In this document: piece after piece, positions 37,058-45,792 of the stretch
How positions within the stretch are numbered: position 1 is the first letter of the stretch
Layout: each line of letters opens with the position of its first letter
Assembly (NCBI GenBank): GCA_019310525.1
Contig: JAFDEE010000019.1
Location: 64,898 to 128,897 of the forward strand
Source: Deltaproteobacteria bacterium
Lineage (GTDB): Bacteria; Desulfobacterota; DSM-4660; Desulfatiglandales; HGW-15
Direction of reading: 5' to 3'
Length of the DNA stretch: 64,000 bases
Notes under the pieces: model-generated
The model's input: the letters and a program-made list of their open reading frames with translations, nothing else
What the model was told of the DNA's origin: nothing
Databases searched by the model: none
Translations under genes and position numbers: made by a program

Positions 37058-37672
37058 ATGGCGAAATTCAATCCAAGAGACAGAGTGATCGAGTGCAAGA
37101 TTGTATATTATGGTCCCGGGCGGGGAGGAAAGACCACCAACCTGGAATATATCTTCAAGGCCTTCAACAAGAATACTACTGCGGAAATGGTATCCATCAA
37201 TACGAGGGGCGACAGAACACTGTATTTTGACTTTCTGCCCATGGGACTCGGGAAGATTCGAGGCTGTGAAGTCAAGATTCAACTTTACACCGTTCCAGGG
37301 CAAACAAGATACCGTTCGACCAGGAAACTCGTATTGAAAGGGGTGGACGGAATCGTATTCGTGGCCGATTCCCTTGCTGTCAGGAGAAAAGCGAACCTCC
37401 TCTCCCTGAAGGACCTCCAAGAAAACCTCAAAGAGCAAAACATGAACCTGTTCAATATTCCCCTTGTCCTCCAGTACAACAAGCGGGATCTTGCCAGAGA
37501 TGGAATCCCTTTGATTCCATTGGAGGTCATGGAAAAGGATTTGAACAGCAAATTGAAAGTTCCGAGTTTTCCGGCCAGTGCCTTGAAAGGAACCGGAGTA
37601 GGCACCACCCTGAAACAATGCCTGCTCCTGACCCTGAGACACCTGCAGAAGGAACTCAGGTGGACACGATAG
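37058..37672 (+). CDS. MglA-family Ras-like small GTPase
   Basis: INCKIVYYGPG-type N-terminus (IECKIVYYGPGRGGKTTNL), YFDFLP, TVPGQ (the MglA-type G3 motif), QYNKRD (G4) and KGVDGIVFVADS. Confidence 0.85.
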   Translation: MAKFNPRDRVIECKIVYYGPGRGGKTTNLEYIFKAFNKNTTAEMVSINTRGDRTLYFDFLPMGLGKIRGCEVKIQLYTVPGQTRYRSTRKLVLKGVDGIVFVADSLAVRRKANLLSLKDLQENLKEQNMNLFNIPLVLQYNKRDLARDGIPLIPLEVMEKDLNSKLKVPSFPASALKGTGVGTTLKQCLLLTLRHLQKELRWTR

Positions 37673-37688
37673 GGGGAACATGTAAAGG

Positions 37689-38894
37689 ATGGACGGTAAA
37701 TCCTTGTTCAGGGGAAACTTGAACTTTCTTGGTCTAGCTGATGTGTTCCAGATTCTTGGGGGCAACAACGCCACTGGGATTCTCTGCATCACAAGCCCAT
37801 ACGTCGAAGCACCTGCTTCGGTAGATTTTCTAAACGGGAATCCTGTCAATGCCACCCTGGGGCCCCTCAAGGGACTCGATGCGGTCTATGCTATGTTCGG
37901 GTGGAGCGATGGTTATTTCGAGTTCCGTCCCGGGAAGACTGCCAAAAAATCTGCCGCGATCAAGTCCAGCAGGATGCAGATCGTCCTTGACGCCCTTCGA
38001 ATGATTGACGACGGCCGAATCAAAAAGGTAGGCCCCCCTTCATTCGTTGATGACGAAGACTCCGGGAATCTCCAGGGGGAAGGCACAGCAAAAGCGGACC
38101 TCTTTCCTGCGATCCAGGGTCCTCCGGTCGACTACCTGTACGTGGTCAAGGATGAGACGGTTCCAAAAGGGGAAAAAATAGTAACCGAAGGTTCTTATGG
38201 AAATTGGGTGTGGGTCATTCTGGATGGTCGTGTGAGAATAACGCGAAACACTCCCAAAGGGCCCTTGGTGCTGGCTCAGCTCGCGGAAGGAAGCTTCATC
38301 GGGACCTTCACGGCTTTCCAATTCCAAGATTTCATCCGCACGGCAACGGCGACGGCCGTAGGAAGGGTCCACCTGGGTCTCCTCGACACCCAGAGACTGG
38401 CCGGGGAATTCGCCTCTCTTTCAAAGGATTTCAGGAGAATTCTTATTGAATTGACGGATCGCCTCAAGACCGTCTCGGATTCCACGGTTCGGTATTTTCT
38501 TGAAGGAAACAAAAAGGGAAGCAGTGATGGATCTGGTGGATCCTTGCCAGGATGGATGCCCGTCTCTTCAGGGAATCGTCATTCCCCCCTGGATCAGCAA
38601 TCAAAAAGGAGCCTGATGCCGATTCCCTTAAAGAAAGAGGATGTCCTTCGATATAGCCTGTTTTCAATCGCTGATACCCCGGAACATCCCCTACCCCGCC
38701 GATGGAAAACCCATACCGAAGAAGATGAGCGAACGAAGTGGGAGCTTTTAAAAAGAGAATATGACAACCTTTCCCCAACCCTCAAAAACATGCTCGATCA
38801 TCTGGCCACCTGTATCGTCGCCACCACCCGATTGTTTTTATTCTATGAAAGCAAAAAGGGCGAGCCCTGGATTGATCTTACCCCCCGATCCTGA
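37689..38894 (+). CDS. DUF4388 (PATAN-like) domain plus cyclic-nucleotide-binding domain protein
   Basis: N-terminal GNLNFLGLADVFQILGGNNATGIL matches DUF4388. The middle segment EKIVTEGSYGNWVWVILDGRVRI...GSFIGT resembles a cNMP-binding barrel. Confidence 0.65.
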   Translation: MDGKSLFRGNLNFLGLADVFQILGGNNATGILCITSPYVEAPASVDFLNGNPVNATLGPLKGLDAVYAMFGWSDGYFEFRPGKTAKKSAAIKSSRMQIVLDALRMIDDGRIKKVGPPSFVDDEDSGNLQGEGTAKADLFPAIQGPPVDYLYVVKDETVPKGEKIVTEGSYGNWVWVILDGRVRITRNTPKGPLVLAQLAEGSFIGTFTAFQFQDFIRTATATAVGRVHLGLLDTQRLAGEFASLSKDFRRILIELTDRLKTVSDSTVRYFLEGNKKGSSDGSGGSLPGWMPVSSGNRHSPLDQQSKRSLMPIPLKKEDVLRYSLFSIADTPEHPLPRRWKTHTEEDERTKWELLKREYDNLSPTLKNMLDHLATCIVATTRLFLFYESKKGEPWIDLTPRS

Positions 38895-39121
38895 AAAATG
38901 ATGTCGGGAAAGCCTTGGCCGCCGTTTGTGGATGGGAGCTTGTTGGGGCAGCACTTGATATCAGACATTTGCTCCGACGAGAGCCTTTAGCGGCATTATC
39001 ACGGATTAAGTGAGCGATATCAAGGACTGCCCCGGATCAAGGGTCTTGTTTACTGTTGTTGACTTTTGCTGGTGGGCGGGCTATTTTCTGATTTTTACTG
39101 AAGAGAGGAGAACTTAGAAAC

Positions 39122-39682
39122 ATGCGGAAGGTTGTCATTTCGGTCCTGGGAACGGACCGGCCGGGAATTGTGGCAGCGGTCTCAAGGATCCTCGGCGAAA
39201 ACCATTGTAATATAGAAAATGCCACTCAAACCATCTTACAGACAGAGTTCGCCGCTATTTTCATCGCCAGGATGCCGAAAGACCTTGAGACCGATGATCT
39301 GCTCTCACGCCTTCGCAGGGGATTGAAGTCCCTCGGTCTTCACGCATTCCTGAAATCCATGGAGACCCTTCCTGATTTTCCGTCTCCGCCTGAAAGCGAA
39401 CCCTTCGTGATTACGACCACCGGTCCTGATCGACAGGGCCTGATTTCGGGAATCACGGAGATTATGGCCCGGTTCAGGGCCAATATCACCAATCTCAAGG
39501 CCCTTTACCGCAAAAACACGGATTCTACGGAACGGACGACAGTCATCATATACGAAGTGGATGTACCGGTCCAGATAGACCATCAGGCCTTCAGGCAAGC
39601 CCTCAGGGACCGGGCCGATGATCTCGGGCTGGATCTCAGTATCCAGCACCGTGACATCTTCGAGGCCATCCACAGGGTTTGA
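39122..39682 (+). CDS. Tandem ACT-domain protein (GcvR-like)
   Basis: Two ACT repeats (VISVLGTDRPGIVAAVSRIL and VITTTGPDRQGLISGITEIM). RBS GAGGAGAA. Confidence 0.75.
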   Translation: MRKVVISVLGTDRPGIVAAVSRILGENHCNIENATQTILQTEFAAIFIARMPKDLETDDLLSRLRRGLKSLGLHAFLKSMETLPDFPSPPESEPFVITTTGPDRQGLISGITEIMARFRANITNLKALYRKNTDSTERTTVIIYEVDVPVQIDHQAFRQALRDRADDLGLDLSIQHRDIFEAIHRV

Positions 39683-39768
39683 AAGACCTGTTCTGCACAA
39701 CACCCCTGCTCTTTCCCAGGACTTTTTTACTTTTGGATTGAATTTGATAGAGCAATTGGAGATCTCCC

Positions 39769-41142
39769 ATGTTAAGTGATCGAGAAGTTCTCAGCACCCT
39801 GGAGATGTTGAAAAACGAACACCTTGACGTAAGAACCGTGACCCTTGGCATCAGCCTCTTGGATTGTGCAAGCCATGAACTGGATCGATTTAAAAACCAG
39901 ATCCACCGCAAGATCACCTTGCTGGCCAAGGAACTGGTTCGGGTATGCGATGAGGTGGGTGACAAGTATGGTATACCGGTTGTGAACAAGCGAATCTCCG
40001 TAAGTCCCATCGCCGTCGCCGGAGCTGTATTTTCCTCGGCCCAAATGATTGAAGTGGCACGCACCCTTGACGAGGCTGCAAAGGAGGTCGGGGTTGATTT
40101 TATCGGCGGGTTCACCGCCCTTGTGGAAAAAGGATTCGCAAAGGGAGATCTCTCTTTGATCGAGGCCCTGCCAGAGGCCCTCTCCGTAACCGAAAGGGTG
40201 TGTGCCTCCATAAACGTTGCTTCCACAAGGGCCGGTATCAATATGAATGCGGTCCGCCTGATGGGGCAAACCATCAAGACAGCGGCCGAATATACGGCGG
40301 AGGCCGATGGACTTGCCTGTGCAAAACTTTGCGTTTTTTCAAACATTCCCCAGGACATCCCCTTCATGGCGGGGGCTTATCTCGGAATCGGAGAGCCCGA
40401 TGCCGTTATAAATGTAGGTGTAAGCGGTCCCGGAGTGGTAAAAAAAGCCATTGAGCGGGCAAGGGAATCCCGGCCGGGGCTCGATCTGGGGCAGATATCC
40501 GAGATCATCAAGCGAACTGCGTTTAAAGTAACCAGGGTGGGGGAATTGATCGGCCGGGAGGTGGCCCAGAGACTCAGTGTCCCATTCGGAGTGGCGGATC
40601 TTTCCCTGGCCCCGACTCCCCATGTGGGGGACAGTGTAGGAGAAATTTTTCAAAGTCTTGGGCTGGCCAGTATCGGGGTGCCGGGCTCAACGGCTGTTCT
40701 GGCGCTTCTGAATGATGCGGTAAAGAAAGGGGGAGCTTTTGCCAGTTCCTTCGTGGGAGGATTGAGTGGGGCCTTTATCCCTGTGAGCGAGGATCTCAAT
40801 ATCTCGGAGGCGGCCCGCCGGGGTTTGCTTTCCTTGGAAAAACTGGAGGCCCTGACGAGCGTTTGTTCGGTGGGGCTGGACATGGTGGCGTTGCCGGGGG
40901 ATATCGCTCCTGAAACGATCGCAGCCATTATTGCGGATGAAATGGCAATCGGGGTCATCAACCGAAAAACGACTGCGACACGGCTTATCCCGGTCCCCGG
41001 GAAAAAGGCCGGGGAGAGGGCCCATTTCGGAGGCTTACTGGGCTCGGCCACCATCATCCCTGTGAGAGACGAGGAATCCTCCCGGGACTTCATCAGGCTG
41101 GGAGGACGAATCCCGGCCCCGACCCAGAGTTTGATCAATTAG
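39769..41142 (+). CDS. UPF0210 (DUF711, PFL-like) family protein
   Basis: LDVRTVTLGISLLDC N-terminus and a length of about 455 aa. A conserved ACT-protein partner lies upstream. Confidence 0.8.
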   Translation: MLSDREVLSTLEMLKNEHLDVRTVTLGISLLDCASHELDRFKNQIHRKITLLAKELVRVCDEVGDKYGIPVVNKRISVSPIAVAGAVFSSAQMIEVARTLDEAAKEVGVDFIGGFTALVEKGFAKGDLSLIEALPEALSVTERVCASINVASTRAGINMNAVRLMGQTIKTAAEYTAEADGLACAKLCVFSNIPQDIPFMAGAYLGIGEPDAVINVGVSGPGVVKKAIERARESRPGLDLGQISEIIKRTAFKVTRVGELIGREVAQRLSVPFGVADLSLAPTPHVGDSVGEIFQSLGLASIGVPGSTAVLALLNDAVKKGGAFASSFVGGLSGAFIPVSEDLNISEAARRGLLSLEKLEALTSVCSVGLDMVALPGDIAPETIAAIIADEMAIGVINRKTTATRLIPVPGKKAGERAHFGGLLGSATIIPVRDEESSRDFIRLGGRIPAPTQSLIN

Positions 41143-41353
41143 CCTGCGCCCAACCACAATCTTCCGGGCCTGATGCCTTTCCCTCAAAAGCTCGAAAAGG
41201 GAATCGTTATAGCCATTGCATTTTTTCGAGTGGGAAACCGGATCATTTGAAAAGCCGTCGTTGGTTCAACGGGAAGGTATGGCAGGAATGAAACGACCTT
41301 CCACCGCCTGTGTTTATTTCACGAAGTGGATGTAAAAGGAGGAATTCGATTTA

Positions 41354-41471
41354 GTGCCCATCCATAAATAGGCAATTTTGTTCAAGGTCAAGGAAGGCGA
41401 AGATTTTAACCGCAGGAATACATTGAAGTATTTCGAGGATTAAAATCTGAGCCTGACGCAGAGATTGGGGA
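41354..41471 (-). mobile_element. Mosaic MITE-like repeat, copy g (118 bp, one end missing)
   Basis: GTGCCCATCCATAAATAGGCAATTTTGTTCAAGGTCAAGGAAGGCG...GACGCAGAGATTGGGGA. The second terminal repeat is absent. Confidence 0.7.
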
Positions 41472-41614
41472 TCCGGGGGGAGGTAGATCCGGCCGCTATT
41501 TCCACTACGTTTCACTTTTTTTTCGATTATCTCTTCTCCGTAAACCTCGAATTTCACGCTCCCCTTGGTGACATCCAAGGATATCTCCTTCTTTTCCTTT
41601 TTCTTCTGCTCCAC
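41472..41614 (-). pseudogene. Truncated small gene (AbrB/SpoVT- or DUF2080-like N-terminus) running into repeat g
   Basis: The native part MEQKKKEKKEISLDVTKGSVKFEVYGEEIIEKKVKRSGNSGRIYLPPD ends in a GRIYLP motif. The remaining 39 codons of the 87-aa ORF (41351-41614) are a translation of the repeat. Confidence 0.45.
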
Positions 41615-41725
41615 GTCTGCCCGCCTCTACCAAAATGGAATCCCGCGATCCATTTACGACCGCATTCATCTCATAGGGTTTCTCCCCAAGCGCCTATAAA
41701 AAGGTCCCTTTATCCGGAAAATTCT

Positions 41726-42166
41726 TTACGATTCCAAAACCTTTCTCAAGTTGATGAAATTGCTTCGATCGAAACCCAGGGTCTTGAAAAAGGAAAGGAG
41801 ATCGGTGGAGTCCCACCTTACTGATGTATACACATTGGTGATGCCCTGTTGACTGTAATGGTCGAATATTGTCTCTGCAAGTTTCTTTCCGATCCCCCTC
41901 CCCATGTATCGGGGCGACACACCGAGGACACTGATCCATGCGCTTTTATCCAAGCCGAAATTTCCGGATGCAACATAACTGATCATATATCCGATCACTT
42001 TCCCCTGGTGCTCGGCGACATAACTGGCATCCCCTTTTCTTCCGACCTGTTCCTCGATGATCCTTTTCAAATCGATGTTGTCAGGAACAGAGGAAATGGC
42101 CGTTTCGATCTTAATGATGTCATCGGCATCCTCTTCTCTTAATCTTCTGATCAGGACATCCTCCAC
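41726..42166 (-). CDS. GNAT-family N-acetyltransferase
   Basis: VLGVSPRYMGRGIGKKL acetyl-CoA binding motif. Length is 146 aa. Confidence 0.8.
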   Translation of the reverse strand: MEDVLIRRLREEDADDIIKIETAISSVPDNIDLKRIIEEQVGRKGDASYVAEHQGKVIGYMISYVASGNFGLDKSAWISVLGVSPRYMGRGIGKKLAETIFDHYSQQGITNVYTSVRWDSTDLLSFFKTLGFDRSNFINLRKVLES

Positions 42167-42253
42167 GGGTTACCATCCTCCGATTCAGTATAGGTTAATG
42201 CCCATCCATAAATGGCCCTTTTCCTCAATCTCTGCGTCAGGCTCAGATTTTAA

Positions 42254-42543
42254 CCCAAATTATGCGTGAATGCTGAAATTTATTTTTATTACAATATTTA
42301 AAGCATCCTGACAGCACCCGATGGGTGAAGGATAAAAGGATGTTCCCTCCGCTACGTTCGCTACGCCGTCCATGGCTCCGCTCACTGCCGATTTTGGCTC
42401 TTCCGCTCTCCTGCTCCAGAGCCAAAATAGGCCGCTCCGGGAAAATTTTTGGCTCTTCCGCTCTCCTGCTCCAGAGCCAAAATAGGCCGCTCCGGGAAAA
42501 TCCTTTTACCCTTTCTTAGACAGGCGTTCACACATAATTTGGG
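42254..42543 (+). mobile_element. Second, unrelated MITE (290 bp) nested inside copy h
   Basis: 17-bp inverted termini CCCAAATTATGCGTGAA ... TTCACACATAATTTGGG. TTTAA is duplicated on both sides (42249-42253 and 42544-42548). Removing the element and one TTTAA restores the canonical backbone CAGATTTTAATCCTCG. Confidence 0.8.
42392..42501 (+). repeat. Perfect 2 x 55-bp tandem duplication inside the nested MITE
   Basis: The unit TTTTGGCTCTTCCGCTCTCCTGCTCCAGAGCCAAAATAGGCCGCTCCGGGAAAAT occurs twice head to tail. Each unit contains the hairpin TTTTGGCTCT...AGAGCCAAAA. Confidence 0.85.
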
Positions 42544-43224
42544 TTTAATCCTCGAAATACTTCAATGTATGGTGCCTCTGCCGCTTGGCATTCTAAAGCG
42601 GGATGGTTAAAATCTTCGCCTTCCCCTCCGGGGCGTAGGCCTTACGAGCCGGAGGCTTGACCTTGAACAAAATTGCCTGATTTACGGATGGACACTAGGT
42701 TAATTGAAAAGGTTCGGCTATTAAACCGGAAATCGTTTATTCACTTGTTTTCCGGGATCAAAATGCCCCTGCATCGGGGAAACGCTTTCACTGAACTGTG
42801 GTATCGGCTTCTTTCCGAACCCGTCGGCAGACATGCCTTGATATCACTCTTCCATTTGAGCTTTTTAATGGAGCGGAAAACAAAAATCAAGAAAAACAGA
42901 AACCTAAATTGAGCGATTTCCGAGTTTTCAGGAGATGCAAGGCGCGCGAGCCACGCCAAACAACCGGCGGGCAGGGATTCAGGAATGAGGCGTATATATC
43001 AGTACGCCGCAATGACGGAATCCGAAGCGCCTGTCTGCGTGCCTGCCTGTCCCGTTGGGACGGCAGACAGGCAACGCACAGGCAGGCAACGCAGCTTTCA
43101 TAAAAATCTCCGTCCCCAGTGAAAATTGCCCGCATCCTTGGAGCACCCTCTAAAAATGTTGAGATTTAACGGGGTATATCCTATGCTTTCATTTAAAAGG
43201 GTTAGGCTTCCAAGGGAGTTTTCG

Positions 43225-45576
43225 ATGACCTGCAGTTCGGTGAATGAACAGGAGTTGCTCAAAAGGATCCTTGAGCTCGAAAGGGAGAGCGAAAGACGCA
43301 AGAAGGCCGAGGAGGCCTTGAGGGAGAGTGAGAAACGCCTCTCCCAAATCGTTCAAGGAAGCTCCATACCCACCTTCGTTATAGACCAAAGGCATATCCT
43401 CACGCATTGTAACAAGGCCTTTGAAAACCTGACCGGGATCAGGGCCGAAGAGATTGTCGGGACCAACAAGCAATGGCTCCCCTTTTACCCCAGCAAAAGA
43501 CCGGTCCTCGCAGATCTGATTCTTGACGGGGCCTCCGAGGAGGAGATTTTACGGTACTATGGGGGCCGTTGCAGAAAATCCAGGATTGTCGAAGGGGGCT
43601 ACGAGGCGGAGGCTTTCTTTTCTGATGTTAGAGAAAAGGGAAAATGGCTTTTTTTTACGGCCGCCCCCATCAAGGACTCGGATGACCGAATCATCGGTGC
43701 GATTGAGACACTCCAGGACATTACGGAACAAAAGCGGACCGAAGAGGCCTTGCGCAGATCCGAGAGGCGTTACAAGAGGCTTCTTGAATTCCTCCCCTCC
43801 CCGGTCGTCCTGTTCACCTTGGATGGTAGGGTATCTTACCTGAACTCCGCTTTCACCGAGACTTTCGGGTGGACTTTGGATGAACTGGAAGGCAAGAGAA
43901 TCCCATATGTCCCGCCTGGCCTTGAAAAGGAAACATCAGATAACATCAAGCGCCTTTTTGAGGAAGAAGTCATCCTCCATCACGAGTCCAAACGGATTAC
44001 CAAGGACGGCAGGATCCTGGATGTCTCCATTCGAGCATCCACCTATTCCGAAACCGGGGATGAACCGACGGGTGAACTCGTTATTCTCCGCGATATTACC
44101 AAGGAGAAGAAAATCGCCCGCAACAACGAGGCCATTCTCAGGATAAGCACCGCCTTGCCCGAGTATCCCGACCTTGAGGAACTCCTTGACTTTGTGAGCA
44201 ATGAAATCAAGAGGCTTTTCAATACCGAGGGAGCCCTTGTGGCCCTGATGAACGAAGAAAAGCAGGAACTCTTTTTTCTTGGAGTGGCTTACGACGAGAG
44301 GGCGGTGCAGGAAAAGGTCAAGGATGCGCGCTTCTCCATGGACCAGTTGATTGCGGGGAGGGTCATCAAAACCGGGCGCCCGATTATCATCAACGATATC
44401 AAGGAAGAATTCGCCCTCCATCAGAAAAGAGATCGGAAACTAGGCTACCAAACCAGAAACCTTCTCTTGGTCCCCCTCAGGAGTTTTGACCGCATCATCG
44501 GGGCGCTTTGCGCTGTCAACAAAAAGGAGGGGGATTTCGAACAGGCCGATGCCGACCTGCTCAGCATGATCGCAGGGACCGTCGCCCTTTCCATTGAAAA
44601 CGCCCGGTTCGCCGAGGAAATCAAACAAGCCTATCGCGAAGTCTCGGCCTTGAACAGGGCGAAGGACAAGGTCATCAATCATCTTTCCCATGAACTGAAA
44701 ACCCCTGTCTCTATCCTGGCGAGTAACTTGAAAATACTTGAAAAGAAGCTTTCAACTCTCCAGGATAACAGCTGGAAACGGGCAATGGATCGTTCCAAAA
44801 GAAACCTGGATAGAATCCTGGAACTTCAATACAAGGCCCATGATATCCTCCAGGATAAGCATTACAAGATCCACGACCTCCTTTCCTCCATGCTGGATCA
44901 GGGTGCCGACCTGTTTGAGTCTCTTCTTGAAGAACATATTGGTGATAATCAAGTGATCCCTCTTATACGGCAGAGGATCGACGAAATTTTCAGCGCAGGT
45001 GAGTCAGCCCCCAAGCACATCTTGCTGGGAGATTTTCTGCGGGAAAGATTGGCCGCCCTCAGACCACGGTTTTCACATAGGACTATTGATATCTTGGTCC
45101 AAATCGAAGCCAACCCCTCACTGTTTCTCCCCCAAGAAGTCTTGGAAAAAGTGATCGACGGCCTCTTGAAAAATGCAATAGAAAACACACCGGATCAGGG
45201 GAGAATTGAAGTCAGGATACTGGAGGAACAAGGGGGTGTTTCCCTGGTGGTCCACGATTACGGAGTCGGCATTCCCGAGGATGCCCGAAAACGAATCTTT
45301 GAAGGTTTTTTTTCAACCCAGGCCACCTTGGACTATTCGACCAAAAGGCCTTTTGATTTCAATGCCGGTGGAAAAGGCACGGATCTATTGAGAATGAAAG
45401 TGTTTTCCGAGCGTTACGGATTTTACATCAAGATGAATTCTACGAGATGTCGTTATATCCCCCGGGAAACGGACAAGTGTCCGGGTGAGATCCGTGCCTG
45501 TAAATTCTGCGCCTCTATTGAAGACTGTCACCGGTCAGGCGGTACCACATTCACCGTTCATTTTCCCGTCCCATAG
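43225..45576 (+). CDS. Sensor histidine kinase (PAS-PAS-GAF-HisKA-HATPase) with a cysteine-rich C-terminal insert
   Basis: Coiled-coil and two PAS-like segments, a GAF-like segment, the H-box HLSHELKTP, an N-box LLKNAIENT and G-boxes. The start at MTCSS has AAGGGAG 7 nt upstream. The ORF-track TTG at 43126 is less likely. Confidence 0.85.
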   Translation: MTCSSVNEQELLKRILELERESERRKKAEEALRESEKRLSQIVQGSSIPTFVIDQRHILTHCNKAFENLTGIRAEEIVGTNKQWLPFYPSKRPVLADLILDGASEEEILRYYGGRCRKSRIVEGGYEAEAFFSDVREKGKWLFFTAAPIKDSDDRIIGAIETLQDITEQKRTEEALRRSERRYKRLLEFLPSPVVLFTLDGRVSYLNSAFTETFGWTLDELEGKRIPYVPPGLEKETSDNIKRLFEEEVILHHESKRITKDGRILDVSIRASTYSETGDEPTGELVILRDITKEKKIARNNEAILRISTALPEYPDLEELLDFVSNEIKRLFNTEGALVALMNEEKQELFFLGVAYDERAVQEKVKDARFSMDQLIAGRVIKTGRPIIINDIKEEFALHQKRDRKLGYQTRNLLLVPLRSFDRIIGALCAVNKKEGDFEQADADLLSMIAGTVALSIENARFAEEIKQAYREVSALNRAKDKVINHLSHELKTPVSILASNLKILEKKLSTLQDNSWKRAMDRSKRNLDRILELQYKAHDILQDKHYKIHDLLSSMLDQGADLFESLLEEHIGDNQVIPLIRQRIDEIFSAGESAPKHILLGDFLRERLAALRPRFSHRTIDILVQIEANPSLFLPQEVLEKVIDGLLKNAIENTPDQGRIEVRILEEQGGVSLVVHDYGVGIPEDARKRIFEGFFSTQATLDYSTKRPFDFNAGGKGTDLLRMKVFSERYGFYIKMNSTRCRYIPRETDKCPGEIRACKFCASIEDCHRSGGTTFTVHFPVP

Positions 45577-45707
45577 AAGGGAAAACGGCTCCCGACAGAG
45601 CGCATACACCGCGGAATTTTCCGCAAGCAAAGGGTTCGATTGCGTATGGTTCAAGTGGCCGAGTGATTGTTGTAGAACTTAATAAGCCGGCCTCCATGCA
45701 TTTCCAT

Positions 45708-45764
45708 TTGACCCCTTGAACCTTCGACCCCTGGGCCCCTAAAATTATCGGTTTCAGCCGATAG
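45708..45764 (+). repeat. Second copy of the 57-bp GACCCCTTGAACC...TATCGGTTTCAGCCGATAG module
   Basis: Aligns with 29285-29341 at about 85% identity. It lies immediately upstream of the S1-protein gene. Confidence 0.65.
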
Positions 45765-45792
45765 TAGTTTACTTTATTTAAAGGAGTTGTTT

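Larger units (their letters stand above)
42198..42695 (+). mobile_element. Mosaic MITE-like repeat, copy h (498 bp), carrying a nested second MITE and two extra hairpin modules
   Basis: Termini ATGCCCATCCATAAATGG ... GATTTACGGATGGACAC. Identical TAGGTTA flanks at 42191-42197 and 42696-42702. The backbone is interrupted at 42254-42543. Confidence 0.8.

Noticed and set aside
42392-42501. Possible CRISPR array
   Set aside because: There are only two repeat units. They are directly adjacent with no spacer, the period is 55 bp, and they lie inside a MITE. No cas genes are in the window.
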